From: Thermoleophilaceae bacterium
GTDB lineage: Bacteria > Actinomycetota > Thermoleophilia > Solirubrobacterales > Thermoleophilaceae
Reading direction: 5' to 3'
DNA length: 64,000 nucleotides
NCBI GenBank assembly: GCA_034664165.1
Contig: JAXDIE010000023.1
Location: 2,777-66,776 of the forward strand
Below are positions 9,357 through 17,744 of this stretch, in pieces. Positions within the stretch are counted from its first letter, which is position 1. Every line of letters begins with the position of its first letter. Made by a program: the position numbers and the translations under genes. Under the pieces are notes generated by a model. That model had not been told where the DNA came from. It searched no databases and saw only the letters and a program-made list of their open reading frames with translations.

Positions 9357-9970
9357 CCCTTCCAGGCTTCCCCGGCCCGGATTCGGTCGAAGCCGAGCCA
9401 GACGGTGTTCATCGCCGCCGCCACGATCTGCTCGCGGGGCACTTCCGGGTTGTCCGCCCACCAGATGGCCAGGCGGGTGAGGCCGCCGCGGATGATCTCG
9501 GACTCCATCGTCGACATGACCGGGTCGGCCGGACCGCCCTGCAGTGCCGAGACCATCGCCGCGAGCAGATCGACAGAGCTCTCGAGGACCTCGCGATGCA
9601 CGGCGGCGATCTCCGGGTCGCCCGTCGACTCGCTGAAGTACATCCGCGGCGCGTAGGGGTTTGCCTGCACGTAGCGGGCCCATGCGTCGAAGGCCCGCGG
9701 CACCCTCTGCTCCGCCGGCGCATCACCCGCCAGGCTCGTTCGCCACATCTCGAGGAGCTCGTCCCGCGTTCGCTCGAGCAACCGGCGGTGGAGGGCCACC
9801 TTGGACGGGAAGTGGTCGTAGAAAACCGGGGGCGTGACGCCGGCGCGCCTGACTATCGCCTCGATCGAGGCTCCGTGGTAGCCACGCTCGGTGAACACGT
9901 CGACTGCCGCCAGTTCGATGAGCTCTCGACGTGCTTCCGCGGTGAGGCGCTTCCGGGGCTTCGTTGACAA
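9353..9970 (-). CDS. TetR family transcriptional regulator
   Basis: 205 aa. HTH SIEAIVRRAGVTPPVFYDHF. Its 3' end overlaps the BVMO 3' end by 4 nt (convergent). Confidence 0.85.
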   Translation of the reverse strand: MSTKPRKRLTAEARRELIELAAVDVFTERGYHGASIEAIVRRAGVTPPVFYDHFPSKVALHRRLLERTRDELLEMWRTSLAGDAPAEQRVPRAFDAWARYVQANPYAPRMYFSESTGDPEIAAVHREVLESSVDLLAAMVSALQGGPADPVMSTMESEIIRGGLTRLAIWWADNPEVPREQIVAAAMNTVWLGFDRIRAGEAWKG

Positions 9971-9994
9971 ACCTAGTGATCCTTAGGTAGCTTC

Positions 9995-10008
9995 CTAGTG
10001 ACCACTAG
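9995..10008. promoter_or_regulatory. candidate TetR operator (CTAGTG-AC-CACTAG) with flanking CCTAGTGA direct repeat
   Basis: ctagtgaccactag is a 6-bp-arm palindrome in the 64-bp divergent region. cctagtga also occurs at 9972-9979. TTGACA lies at 9964-9969. Confidence 0.3.
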
Positions 10009-10034
10009 CTTACGACCCCGGGGAAGGGAATCCG

Positions 10035-10481
10035 ATGACTGCTGTCGACCGCCGCAACACGTCCGACCTCTTCGAGGTCCAGCGCCCTTTCGCCCCCGTC
10101 CAGTGGGCCGCCGTGATCGGCGCCTTGGTGGTGGGGCTCTGGAGCGTGGCCGGCCTGATCGCCAACCCCGACTTCACGATCGGGCCTGGGGCCACCAGCG
10201 TCCTGGTGCTCGGCGTCGACATGAACGGCTGGCACGCCGTGTCGGGGTTCCTCGTGGCCATCCCGGCGCTGATGGTCGCGTCGCGGCCGCGCCTCGCGGC
10301 GGCCTTCATCACGTTCGCCGCCGGGGGCCTGATCGCCGTGGCCATCTGGGCGCTACTGGACTCCGCCCCCCTCTGGGGTCTGTACGCGTTCAAGAACAAC
10401 CTGACGGATGCGCTGCTCCACTTCGCCACCGCCTCGATCTGGCTGACAGGCTCGGCGCACTATTACCTGAGGCGCCCGTAG
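10035..10481 (+). CDS. small polytopic membrane protein (DUF4383-like)
   Basis: 148 aa with four hydrophobic helices. NGWH and LLHF motifs are reminiscent of DUF4383. Family call is tentative. Confidence 0.5.
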   Translation: MTAVDRRNTSDLFEVQRPFAPVQWAAVIGALVVGLWSVAGLIANPDFTIGPGATSVLVLGVDMNGWHAVSGFLVAIPALMVASRPRLAAAFITFAAGGLIAVAIWALLDSAPLWGLYAFKNNLTDALLHFATASIWLTGSAHYYLRRP

Positions 10482-10489
10482 GCCGGAAA

Positions 10490-10601
10490 AACGGCAGCAA
10501 TAAGGGGCGGGTGAAATCAACGATCCCGTCCTAGGCCCGTACAGGGCGCACCAGGCGGGATCGTCGATTCGCGGCGCGGGTCGATCTTCATTGCTGCCGT
10601 T
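10490..10601. repeat. 112-nt palindromic element with perfect 12-bp terminal arms AACGGCAGCAAT / ATTGCTGCCGTT
   Basis: The arms read directly at 10490-10501 and 10590-10601. An inner long stem pairs gaaatcaacgatcccgtcc with aggcgggatcgtcgattc. The element lies in the leader of the acyl-CoA dehydrogenase gene. Confidence 0.6.
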
Positions 10602-10629
10602 GGCGTTCGTCGGCGAATAGGGTCTGGGC

Positions 10630-11868
10630 GTGACCCGGGTTCCCGAAGACGTGGCCGCTGTGATCGAGGAGATCGACGCCTTCATCGAGAAGGAGATCCG
10701 GCCGCTCGAGCAGGAGGGGGACAACGCCCGCTTCTTCGACGAGCGGCGGGAGTTTGCGCGAACCGACATCGAGGCCGGCGGCGTGCCGAGCGCCGAGTGG
10801 GAGGAGCTCCTGCTCGAGGCCTCGAGGCGCGCCGACGCCGCGGGGCTGCTCCGCTATGCCCTTCCGGTCGAGCTTGGCGGCCGTGGCGGCTCGAACCTGG
10901 ATATGGCGATCATCCGCGAGCACCTGAACAACAAGCCGATCGGGCTGCACAACGACCCTCAAAGCGAGATGTCGATCATCGGGAACTTCCCGACGGTGAT
11001 CCTGGCCCACGAGTTCGGGACGCCGGAGCAGCAGGCGGAATTCGTCGAGCTGGGGCTGAGGTACGAGCGCACGCTGGCCTTTGGGCTGACCGAGCCCAAC
11101 CATGGCTCCGATGCCACCTACATGGAGACGACCGCCCGCCGTGACGGAGAGGAGTGGGTGATCGACGGCGTCAAGCGCTTCAACTCGGGAATGCACGCCG
11201 CAACGCACGACCTGGTGTTCGCGCGCACCTCGGGCAATCCCGGCGAGCCGGCCGGCATCACGGCCTTCATCGTCGCCCGTGGCGCGCCGGGCCTGACCGT
11301 CGACTTCCACTGGTGGACGTTCAACATGCCGACCGACCATGCGGAGGTCACGCTGAAGGGCGTGCGGGTGGGCGACGACGCGATTCTCGGCGAGCTGGAC
11401 ATGGGCCTGGCGCTGGCCCAGCGCTTCGTGCACGAGAACCGGATCCGCCAGGCGGCCTCGAGCCTGGGTGCCGCGGTCTTCTGCATCGAGGAGGCCGTGA
11501 AATGGGCGCGCGAGCGCACGACCTGGGGCAAGCCCCTGTGGCGCAACCAGGCCATCCAGTTCCCGCTGGCCGAGCTCTGGACCGACTGCGAGTTGGTGCG
11601 CGGCCTGGTCCGCAGCACCGCCGCCGAGCTGGACCGGCGCAACCACATGGAGGTCACCCATCTCGTTGCCATGGCCAACTACCGCGCCAACCGACTTGCC
11701 TGCCAGGCGGCGGACCAGGGCATGCAGACATGCGGCGGGATGGGCTACACCCGGCACATGCCCTTCGAGCACATCTACCGCCACCATCGGCGCTACCGGA
11801 TCACCGAAGGCTCGGAGGAGATCCAGCTCCGCAAGGTCGGCCACGAGCTGTTCACGCGACCCCGCTGA
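10630..11868 (+). CDS. acyl-CoA dehydrogenase
   Basis: 412 aa with GTG start. LTEPNHGSDA (TEPxxGSD) and C-terminal RITEGSEEIQ are typical of ACADs. Confidence 0.9.
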   Translation: MTRVPEDVAAVIEEIDAFIEKEIRPLEQEGDNARFFDERREFARTDIEAGGVPSAEWEELLLEASRRADAAGLLRYALPVELGGRGGSNLDMAIIREHLNNKPIGLHNDPQSEMSIIGNFPTVILAHEFGTPEQQAEFVELGLRYERTLAFGLTEPNHGSDATYMETTARRDGEEWVIDGVKRFNSGMHAATHDLVFARTSGNPGEPAGITAFIVARGAPGLTVDFHWWTFNMPTDHAEVTLKGVRVGDDAILGELDMGLALAQRFVHENRIRQAASSLGAAVFCIEEAVKWARERTTWGKPLWRNQAIQFPLAELWTDCELVRGLVRSTAAELDRRNHMEVTHLVAMANYRANRLACQAADQGMQTCGGMGYTRHMPFEHIYRHHRRYRITEGSEEIQLRKVGHELFTRPR

Positions 11869-11969
11869 CGGCGCCGGAATCTTTAGATTCGCTTCACCTG
11901 GGGCCTCCATAGTGCGCGCATAGCTTGCGGTGCCATCTCGTCCCTTCGCTCGGTACCGCTGAGAGTGAG

Positions 11970-12004
11970 AAAACCCCCGGTGAGAGCCGGGGGTTTTCTC
12001 TTTT
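11970..12004 (+). terminator. rho-independent terminator
   Basis: aaaacccccgg-tgagag-ccgggggtttt followed by ctctttt, about 100 nt after the ACAD stop. Confidence 0.7.
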
Positions 12005-12008
12005 AAGA

Positions 12009-12165
12009 GTTGCGTCAGAGCCCGGATCGTGGTCGGGCAGGGTTGGATGCCGGATGCCACGGGCCGAACGCGAGCGGAGTCGATGCAAAGCATCGGCGAG
12101 CGAGCGGTTGGTGCGTGGCGCCGGCAGTCGGCCCTGCCCGGCCGCGAGACGGGTTTTGACGCAAC
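12009..12165 (+). ncRNA. candidate structured RNA (long rod-like hairpin; 6S-like or leader element)
   Basis: A 16-bp closing helix pairs gttgcgtcagagcccg with cgggttttgacgcaac. Next come ggtcgggcaggg/ccctgcccggcc, gccgg/ccggc, gccacg/cgtggc and the apical tcgatgc-aaa-gcatcgg. Non-Watson-Crick positions in the two outer helices are G-U on the + strand. Confidence 0.4.
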
Positions 12166-12185
12166 TCCTGCTCTAGGGTCGGTGG

Positions 12186-13196
12186 ATGCCGGACACCGAT
12201 GAAGTGCTCCCGGACCTGGATCTGCCGGGGGTCCACAGGCTCCAGGTGCCGACCCCGTTCGCGGTGGGCCCGGTCAACACCTACCTGCTCGAGGGCGACC
12301 CGCTCACGCTGATCGACAGCGGGCCAAATCTGGCCACCTGCCTGGTGGCGCTCGAGGCAGGGCTGAAGGACCACGGGTATGCCTTCGAAGACCTCGAGTT
12401 GCTCTTCGTCACCCATCAGCACGTCGACCACCTTGGCCTGACCAGGATCCTGGCCGAGCGCTGCGACGCCGAGGTGGTCTGCCTCGATCGCGCCGCCGGG
12501 GTGATCGGCTCCTGGGGCGAGCGGGCGGCCGACGACGACAAGTACGCCGGCCGGGTGATGCTGCGACACGGGATCGAGGAGCCCGTGGTGGTGGCGCTGA
12601 GATCACTTGCCGCCATCGTCCGGTCCTTGGGAGCCTCCGCGCCCGTTACGCGGACCCTCGAGGAGCACGAGCTCGTGACAATGGGCGGTCGCTCCCTCGA
12701 GGTCCTCCATCACCCCGGCCACAGCCCATCGGACACGCTGCTCTTCGACGCGAGTGACGGCACCCTGGTGGCGGGCGATCACCTGCTCAGCAAGATCTCC
12801 TCGAATGCGCTGCTCACCCGCCCCCTCGATGCCGAGGGGGAGGAGGACGGGCCCCGCGCAACCCCGCTGATCGACTATCGCCGGTCCCTGCTCGCGACCC
12901 GCGCGCTCGACGCACACCTGGTGCTCGGAGGGCACGGCCCCGAGATCACCGACCACCGCCCGTTGATCGACGCCCGGATAGCCGATCAGGACCGGCGCGC
13001 CGAGAAGCTGCTCGACCTGCTCCGGGTCCGCCCGATGTCAGCCCACGAGCTGGCGACGACGCTCTGGGAGCGCGTAGCCATCACTCAGGCCTTCCTGACG
13101 CTCTCGGAGGTGCTCGGGCACCTGGACCTCCTGATCGCCGACGGTGCAGCCCTGGAGGACGACAGCGGTGACGTGATCGTGTTCGAGGCGGCTTAG
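12186..13196 (+). CDS. MBL-fold metallo-hydrolase
   Basis: 336 aa. HxHxDH motif THQHVDHLG, with later HHPGHSPSD. Confidence 0.85.
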   Translation: MPDTDEVLPDLDLPGVHRLQVPTPFAVGPVNTYLLEGDPLTLIDSGPNLATCLVALEAGLKDHGYAFEDLELLFVTHQHVDHLGLTRILAERCDAEVVCLDRAAGVIGSWGERAADDDKYAGRVMLRHGIEEPVVVALRSLAAIVRSLGASAPVTRTLEEHELVTMGGRSLEVLHHPGHSPSDTLLFDASDGTLVAGDHLLSKISSNALLTRPLDAEGEEDGPRATPLIDYRRSLLATRALDAHLVLGGHGPEITDHRPLIDARIADQDRRAEKLLDLLRVRPMSAHELATTLWERVAITQAFLTLSEVLGHLDLLIADGAALEDDSGDVIVFEAA

Positions 13197-13561
13197 CCGC
13201 GGCGCCGGAACAAGCGGGCCATCAGCGCCCTGAGCCCGGTGGGCTCAGGCTCATCCGCCAGCACGGCGGTGGCCTTGCTCACGATCCGGTCGTGCATGGT
13301 GCCCAGGGCCGCGAGCATCTCGTCGCGGATGAACTCCAGGTCCTCGGTGGGAAGCACCGCCGGCCCGCGCTCCGGGCTGGCGATCACCGGATCCCACGGG
13401 GAGTAGGTGCTGGTCAGCCCCGTCAGCTCCTTCTCGAGCGCCCCGATCTGGCGGAGCAGCTCGCGCCGCATCGGGCCCTCGTCAACAGGGATCTCCGGGA
13501 GGTCGACGGGTGGCAGGAAGCCCCCGTCGGCAGGAGATCGGATCTCCTTGATCGGACGCAC
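13193..13561 (-). CDS. hypothetical protein (122 aa)
   Basis: It follows GAF-LuxR #1 on the same strand after a 20-nt gap. No recognisable domain. Coding-like composition. Confidence 0.4.
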   Translation of the reverse strand: MRPIKEIRSPADGGFLPPVDLPEIPVDEGPMRRELLRQIGALEKELTGLTSTYSPWDPVIASPERGPAVLPTEDLEFIRDEMLAALGTMHDRIVSKATAVLADEPEPTGLRALMARLFRRRG

Positions 13562-13581
13562 AGGAAAAGCCTACCGCTCCG

Positions 13582-14790
13582 CTACTCCGACGGCCAGGTC
13601 TGGCGGCCCAGCTTCATGAAGGTGGAAACTGCCTGCGCCCGGTTCGAGGCACGCAGCTTGCGCAGGATGTTGCTCACGTGGGTCTTCACCGTGCCCTCCG
13701 AGATCACCAGACGCCGCGCGATCTCCCCGTTTGTCATCCCGTCGGTCATCAGCTGGGCGATCTCGATCTCCCGCCGCGTGAGCACGTCGAGCACCTTCGA
13801 GTCGGGCACGACGAGTGCGACGGCCGAGCGGGTCACCGCCGCCGTCTCGCGGTCAAGGCGGGCCAGATCCACCTCGCCGTCGACCACCGCGTCCACCGCC
13901 TGGCCGATCGAAGTCGTCAGCGTGGCTATCCGCTCCCGCAGCGCCCGCTGGCGCTCCAGCAGCACAGTCCGCTCGAACGCGTAGCCCGCCCCCTCGGCGA
14001 ACATCCAGAGGACGTCGCGGTCGAACTCGTCCACGTGGCGCTTCTGCATGTAGCAGTCGGCGTGGATGAAGCCGATCACACGGCCCTCCGGCATCAGCGG
14101 CGCCGTCACGTAGGAGCGGCTCAGGGACACGTCCGCGATCGGCCGATGTGCCCGGGGGTCGTTCTGCACATCCCTCACGAGCATCGGCGCCCTGCGCCGG
14201 ACCATCTCGGTCTCGAGCATCATGCCGTCCAGCATCTGCTCGTCCTCCCGCCCGGCCCTGATCACCTCGGCAGCCCATTCCGGATCACCCTCGATCACGC
14301 AGGTCTCGGGGATCCAGCGCGAGTCCTGGACCCGCGACAGGATCACCCGCGAGAAGCCGATGCCCACGACCTCCTCCGGGATCCGCTGCATGATCTGGTC
14401 GATCGAGGAGACCTCGCGGAGCCGTGCCAGGCCCTCCTGCGCCCGGGCGAAGGCACGGGAGCGGTGGCGCAACCGTGCCTCGCCAAGCTCCCTCTGAAGG
14501 TCAACCAGCGCGCGCAGGTCACCGGCCAGCGCGGCGGCGGGCTTGGCCTCGAGAGCCTCGCCCACCCCGTCGACGATCCGGTCGAGGAAGAGCGAGGCGG
14601 CGTCGAAGGCCAGCAGGTCGCCCGGCCCCGCGTCGGGGAGCCCGTCGACTCGCGTGCGCGCGGCATCGACCACGGCGGCTATCCGCCCACGGAGCTCCTC
14701 GTCCTCGAGCGGCTGGCCGTCGACGAACCACTCGCTCGCATCGGGCGTGCGAAAAGGCGCGTTCCCCTCCTGGGCGGCGACCGAAGCCAC
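13582..14790 (-). CDS. GAF-domain LuxR-family transcriptional regulator (paralog 1)
   Basis: C-terminal LuxR HTH LTRREIEIAQLMTDGMTNGEIARRLVISEGTVKTHVSNILRKL. Central GAF-like block ETEMVRRRAPMLVRD...APLMPEGRVIGFIHAD. The track ORF (to 15501) runs into the P450 gene. I use the in-frame GTG at 14790, 14 nt after the P450 stop. Confidence 0.78.
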   Translation of the reverse strand: MASVAAQEGNAPFRTPDASEWFVDGQPLEDEELRGRIAAVVDAARTRVDGLPDAGPGDLLAFDAASLFLDRIVDGVGEALEAKPAAALAGDLRALVDLQRELGEARLRHRSRAFARAQEGLARLREVSSIDQIMQRIPEEVVGIGFSRVILSRVQDSRWIPETCVIEGDPEWAAEVIRAGREDEQMLDGMMLETEMVRRRAPMLVRDVQNDPRAHRPIADVSLSRSYVTAPLMPEGRVIGFIHADCYMQKRHVDEFDRDVLWMFAEGAGYAFERTVLLERQRALRERIATLTTSIGQAVDAVVDGEVDLARLDRETAAVTRSAVALVVPDSKVLDVLTRREIEIAQLMTDGMTNGEIARRLVISEGTVKTHVSNILRKLRASNRAQAVSTFMKLGRQTWPSE

Positions 14791-14804
14791 CCACCCAGGG
14801 TAGA

Positions 14805-16067
14805 TCAGGCGGAAGAAGGCGTCCAGCGGACCGGCATTGCGTGCACCCCGTGCATGAAGTTGTTCACCTGGCCGGTGAAGTCCCCGTCGAGCACGATGTC
14901 CGGCATCCGCGTGTAGATCTCGATGATCGCCGACTTCATCATCTGACGGCCCATCGCGGCCCCCATGCAGAAGTGGGCTCCGCCGGCCCCGAAGCCGAGA
15001 TGCTTGTTGGGGTCGCGCATGATGTCGAACTTCGCGGGCTCGTCGAAGATCTCCTCGTCGCGATTGCCCGAGCAGTACCAGAGCACCACCTTGTCGCCCA
15101 CGGCGATGTCGACGCCGCGGATCTGGGTGTCCTGTGTCGCGGTGCGCCGGAACTGCATGACCGGCGAGGCGTGGCGAAGGACCTCTTCCACCGCCCCGTC
15201 GACCCGGCCCTCCATGTCCTCCATGAGCAGCGCCAGCTGATCCGGGTTCTCGGTGAACAGCCGGATCGCGTGCGAGGTCGAGTGGCGAGTCGTGTCGTTG
15301 GCGGCCGAGCCGAGGAGGGAGAAGAACGCGGCGATCTCCCAGTCCTCCATCTTGCGGCCTTCGAATTCGGCCGAGAGGACCCAGCTCACCAGGTCGTCGC
15401 CGGGATTGACGCGTTTCTCCTCGGCCACCTCGAGCGCTACGTCCTGGATCCGCTGGCTCTCCTCGGCGAACGTCGTGATGGCGTCGCGCCCCTGGGCGCA
15501 CTCGGGGTCGTCCCAGGCGAGCATCTTCTCGGCGGCATCCATGATGATCGCGCCGCCCTCGCTGCCCGGGGGCAGGCCGAAGAAGTGCGCGAAGATCCTG
15601 CCGGGGAGCTCCTTGGCGAACATCTGGCAGAAGTCGCCCTCCCCCTTCTCGATCATCGCGTCGACCAGCTCACGGGCGTGGTCATGCACCCAGTCGTCGA
15701 TCTTCCTCACGTTCCGGGGGGTGAATGCGGTCTTGACGATGCCGCGGAGCTGGGTGTGCTCGGGCGCGTCCATCGCGAGGAACGAGGTCGATGCGACCTG
15801 CACGACCTCGGGAAAGTCCTCCATGAGAATGCCCTTGGCCGAGCAGAACGTGGCCGTGTCGCGGCTGATCATCTTCATGTCGTCGTACTTCGTGATCGCC
15901 CAGAACCCCGGGGTTTCATCGGTGGGGGGCAGCAGGGTCGACTCGTAGGGGCGCCTGTAGGAGACGGGCTCGTTCTGGCGGAACCAGGCGAACGTCTCCT
16001 CGCGCTCCTCGTAGGGCTTCTCCCAGAAGGACCGGGCCGAGATGTCCAGATCGACGGTTGCGCTCAT
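14805..16067 (-). CDS. cytochrome P450
   Basis: Heme loop FGAGGAHFCMGAAMG, ExxR (EEVLRH), I-helix GSAANDTT. Start MSATVDLD at 16067. The track ORF extends to 16328 through Arg/Gly-rich sequence. Confidence 0.9.
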   Translation of the reverse strand: MSATVDLDISARSFWEKPYEEREETFAWFRQNEPVSYRRPYESTLLPPTDETPGFWAITKYDDMKMISRDTATFCSAKGILMEDFPEVVQVASTSFLAMDAPEHTQLRGIVKTAFTPRNVRKIDDWVHDHARELVDAMIEKGEGDFCQMFAKELPGRIFAHFFGLPPGSEGGAIIMDAAEKMLAWDDPECAQGRDAITTFAEESQRIQDVALEVAEEKRVNPGDDLVSWVLSAEFEGRKMEDWEIAAFFSLLGSAANDTTRHSTSHAIRLFTENPDQLALLMEDMEGRVDGAVEEVLRHASPVMQFRRTATQDTQIRGVDIAVGDKVVLWYCSGNRDEEIFDEPAKFDIMRDPNKHLGFGAGGAHFCMGAAMGRQMMKSAIIEIYTRMPDIVLDGDFTGQVNNFMHGVHAMPVRWTPSSA

Positions 16068-16465
16068 TGAACAACCGCGTCCTTCTCCGCCACCAGCTCG
16101 TTGTACATCGGGAACAGGGGCTTGGTGAGCGGCACCAGCTTCAGGATCTTGTTGACGGGGCCCTTGGCCTTGACCTCGCCCTTGGCCAGGCCGACGGCCA
16201 GGTTGTACTTGCCGCGCCAGAACTGGTCGGCGGTGTCCGCCCGCATCATCAGGGTGATATCGGGAGTCACCTCGGTCGGGCCGGAGATCGTCTCCATCGG
16301 GTCGTGGAAGCGGACGGTGACCTCGCACTCGGGGTCCTCGTACACCACGCGCATGGTGATGCCGGCAGCCGCCATCTTCGGGCCCACGACCGGATGATCG
16401 GCCGCCTGGCGGAACATCTCGCCGATGTAGCGGTCGACTTCTTCTCCGTCACTGAAATAGCTCAC
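16064..16465 (-). CDS. SCP2 sterol/lipid-carrier-like protein
   Basis: 133 aa. C-terminal pattern DITLMMRADTADQFWRGKYNLAVGLAKGEVKAKGPVNKILKLVP is typical of SCP2 domains. 4-nt overlap with the P450 start. Confidence 0.65.
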   Translation of the reverse strand: MSYFSDGEEVDRYIGEMFRQAADHPVVGPKMAAAGITMRVVYEDPECEVTVRFHDPMETISGPTEVTPDITLMMRADTADQFWRGKYNLAVGLAKGEVKAKGPVNKILKLVPLTKPLFPMYNELVAEKDAVVQ

Positions 16466-16674
16466 TTGCTCTCCCTAGACTCGGGTGCCGACAGTCGGGT
16501 ATGAGCGTATGCGCGTTGCAAAGCCCTGCACATACCCCCTTTGGGGGCCTTTGCTCCGTCGCTGGTAGTAGACAGGGCCGCCCGCCAGGGCTTACCTTCC
16601 CCTGCGTGGCCGTCTCCGGTGACACCAGCGCCGCTCCGCCCCCCGGGCGCTCGTTTCTCATAGGAGGGGCAGCG

Positions 16675-17088
16675 GTGCTCCTGGTGGCGGTCTCGATGCC
16701 CTGGTACACGGCAGAGCGCGGTGGGGCGCCCGTCGAGCACATGACATTCAGCTGGGACTGGGTCCCGGCTCTCGTGATCCTGCTGCTGTTCAACTGCCTG
16801 CTTGCCCTTGGCATCGGCTTCAGCTTCTTCGGCGGCCCTGGCTACGGCCGCGCCCGCCCCATCAACCTGCTCGCGCTGGCCATAGCGTCTGCTGCCTTCG
16901 TGTGGTCCGGCTTCAGGCTCGGCCTTCCCCCCTCCTACAGCGTCGGTGAGGCCACCGCCAACGTGCATGCCTCCCTCGGCCCGTGGTTCGCCACCGGAGC
17001 CTCGCTGGCCATCCTCCGCGGCCAGTGGCTGGCCGCCGGCCTCCCCGCCGGCCGGGTCGAGAAGACCCGCCTGACACAACCTGGCTGA
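16675..17088 (+). CDS. small membrane protein
   Basis: The track ORF starts at 16501. I prefer the GTG at 16675, preceded by TAGGAGGGG. Several hydrophobic helices. No family recognised. Confidence 0.45.
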   Translation: MLLVAVSMPWYTAERGGAPVEHMTFSWDWVPALVILLLFNCLLALGIGFSFFGGPGYGRARPINLLALAIASAAFVWSGFRLGLPPSYSVGEATANVHASLGPWFATGASLAILRGQWLAAGLPAGRVEKTRLTQPG

Positions 17089-17091
17089 ATC

Positions 17092-17694
17092 TCAGGCGGC
17101 GGCGTCGGCGGCCGCGCGGCGGTCGAAGAGCTCGCGCAGCCCGACGGCCAGGGCTCCGAACAGGATCAGATCGATGGCGAAGGCCAGCGGCCCGCGCCAG
17201 CCGAACCCGTAGTACAGCCCCGAGTGGATCGCAACCATCAAAAGCAGTGCGAGCACCAGGGCGTGTGAGCGGTGGCCGGTCAGATGCTCCCGCGCCGTGA
17301 ACTCGAGCACGGCCAGAAGGCACACGGCCACGCCGGCGGTGGTCAGGACCACGCCGTTGGCGGGGCCGCGCAGGAGTCCGACCACGACGGCGATGGCTCC
17401 GCCTGCGATCACGACCTCGGTCAGCGGGAACGGGTCCCACGGCGCCGGGGCGCGGTTGGCGAGCAGGCGGCTCTTCTTGCGCGGCCCGCGTACCCGGTCC
17501 TGCTCGGCCGCGCCCTCGCGGTAGGCGGCCCTGGCCGCCGAGAGGAACTCGCGCCCCGCCTTGGGGGCGGCGCCGTCCCTGCCGGCAGCATCCTCCTCGG
17601 TCTGACCCTCATCGGCGAGGGGGCCGGGAGCCGCCTCCGACGTGTGGTCGCGACGGCGCTCGGTGCGGGAGCGCTTCTGGCGCCTGGTGGCCAT
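17092..17694 (-). CDS. membrane protein with basic N-terminal tail
   Basis: 200 aa from MATRRQKRS. Four predicted TM helices in the C-terminal half. The track ORF extends to 18003. Confidence 0.5.
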   Translation of the reverse strand: MATRRQKRSRTERRRDHTSEAAPGPLADEGQTEEDAAGRDGAAPKAGREFLSAARAAYREGAAEQDRVRGPRKKSRLLANRAPAPWDPFPLTEVVIAGGAIAVVVGLLRGPANGVVLTTAGVAVCLLAVLEFTAREHLTGHRSHALVLALLLMVAIHSGLYYGFGWRGPLAFAIDLILFGALAVGLRELFDRRAAADAAA

Positions 17695-17732
17695 CCATGC
17701 ATCCTGCTGCCCAACCCGGACGTGCGCATCCC

Positions 17733-17744
17733 CCATCCGGATGG
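17733..17744. promoter_or_regulatory. perfect 12-bp palindrome CCATCCGGATGG upstream of GAF-LuxR #2
   Basis: Read directly, about 50 nt upstream of the ATG at 17793 in the divergent intergenic region. Confidence 0.3.

Noticed and set aside
7053-9683. 876-aa ORF on the minus strand, the longest ORF in the track.
   Set aside because: It is antisense to the desaturase, the BVMO and part of a TetR gene, all of which carry clear motifs. The product is an Arg/Gly/His/Asp/Pro-rich run with no motif. This is a typical shadow ORF of a GC-rich genome, where stop codons are rare in antisense frames.
12009-12165. Interpretation of the rod-like hairpin as SRP (4.5S) RNA or as a simple DNA palindrome/REP element.
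   Set aside because: There is no GNRA-capped domain-IV-like motif or conserved SRP loops. The mismatches in the outer helices are G-T, oriented so that they pair as G-U only on the + strand, which fits RNA-level rather than DNA-level symmetry. It is kept as an unclassified candidate ncRNA.
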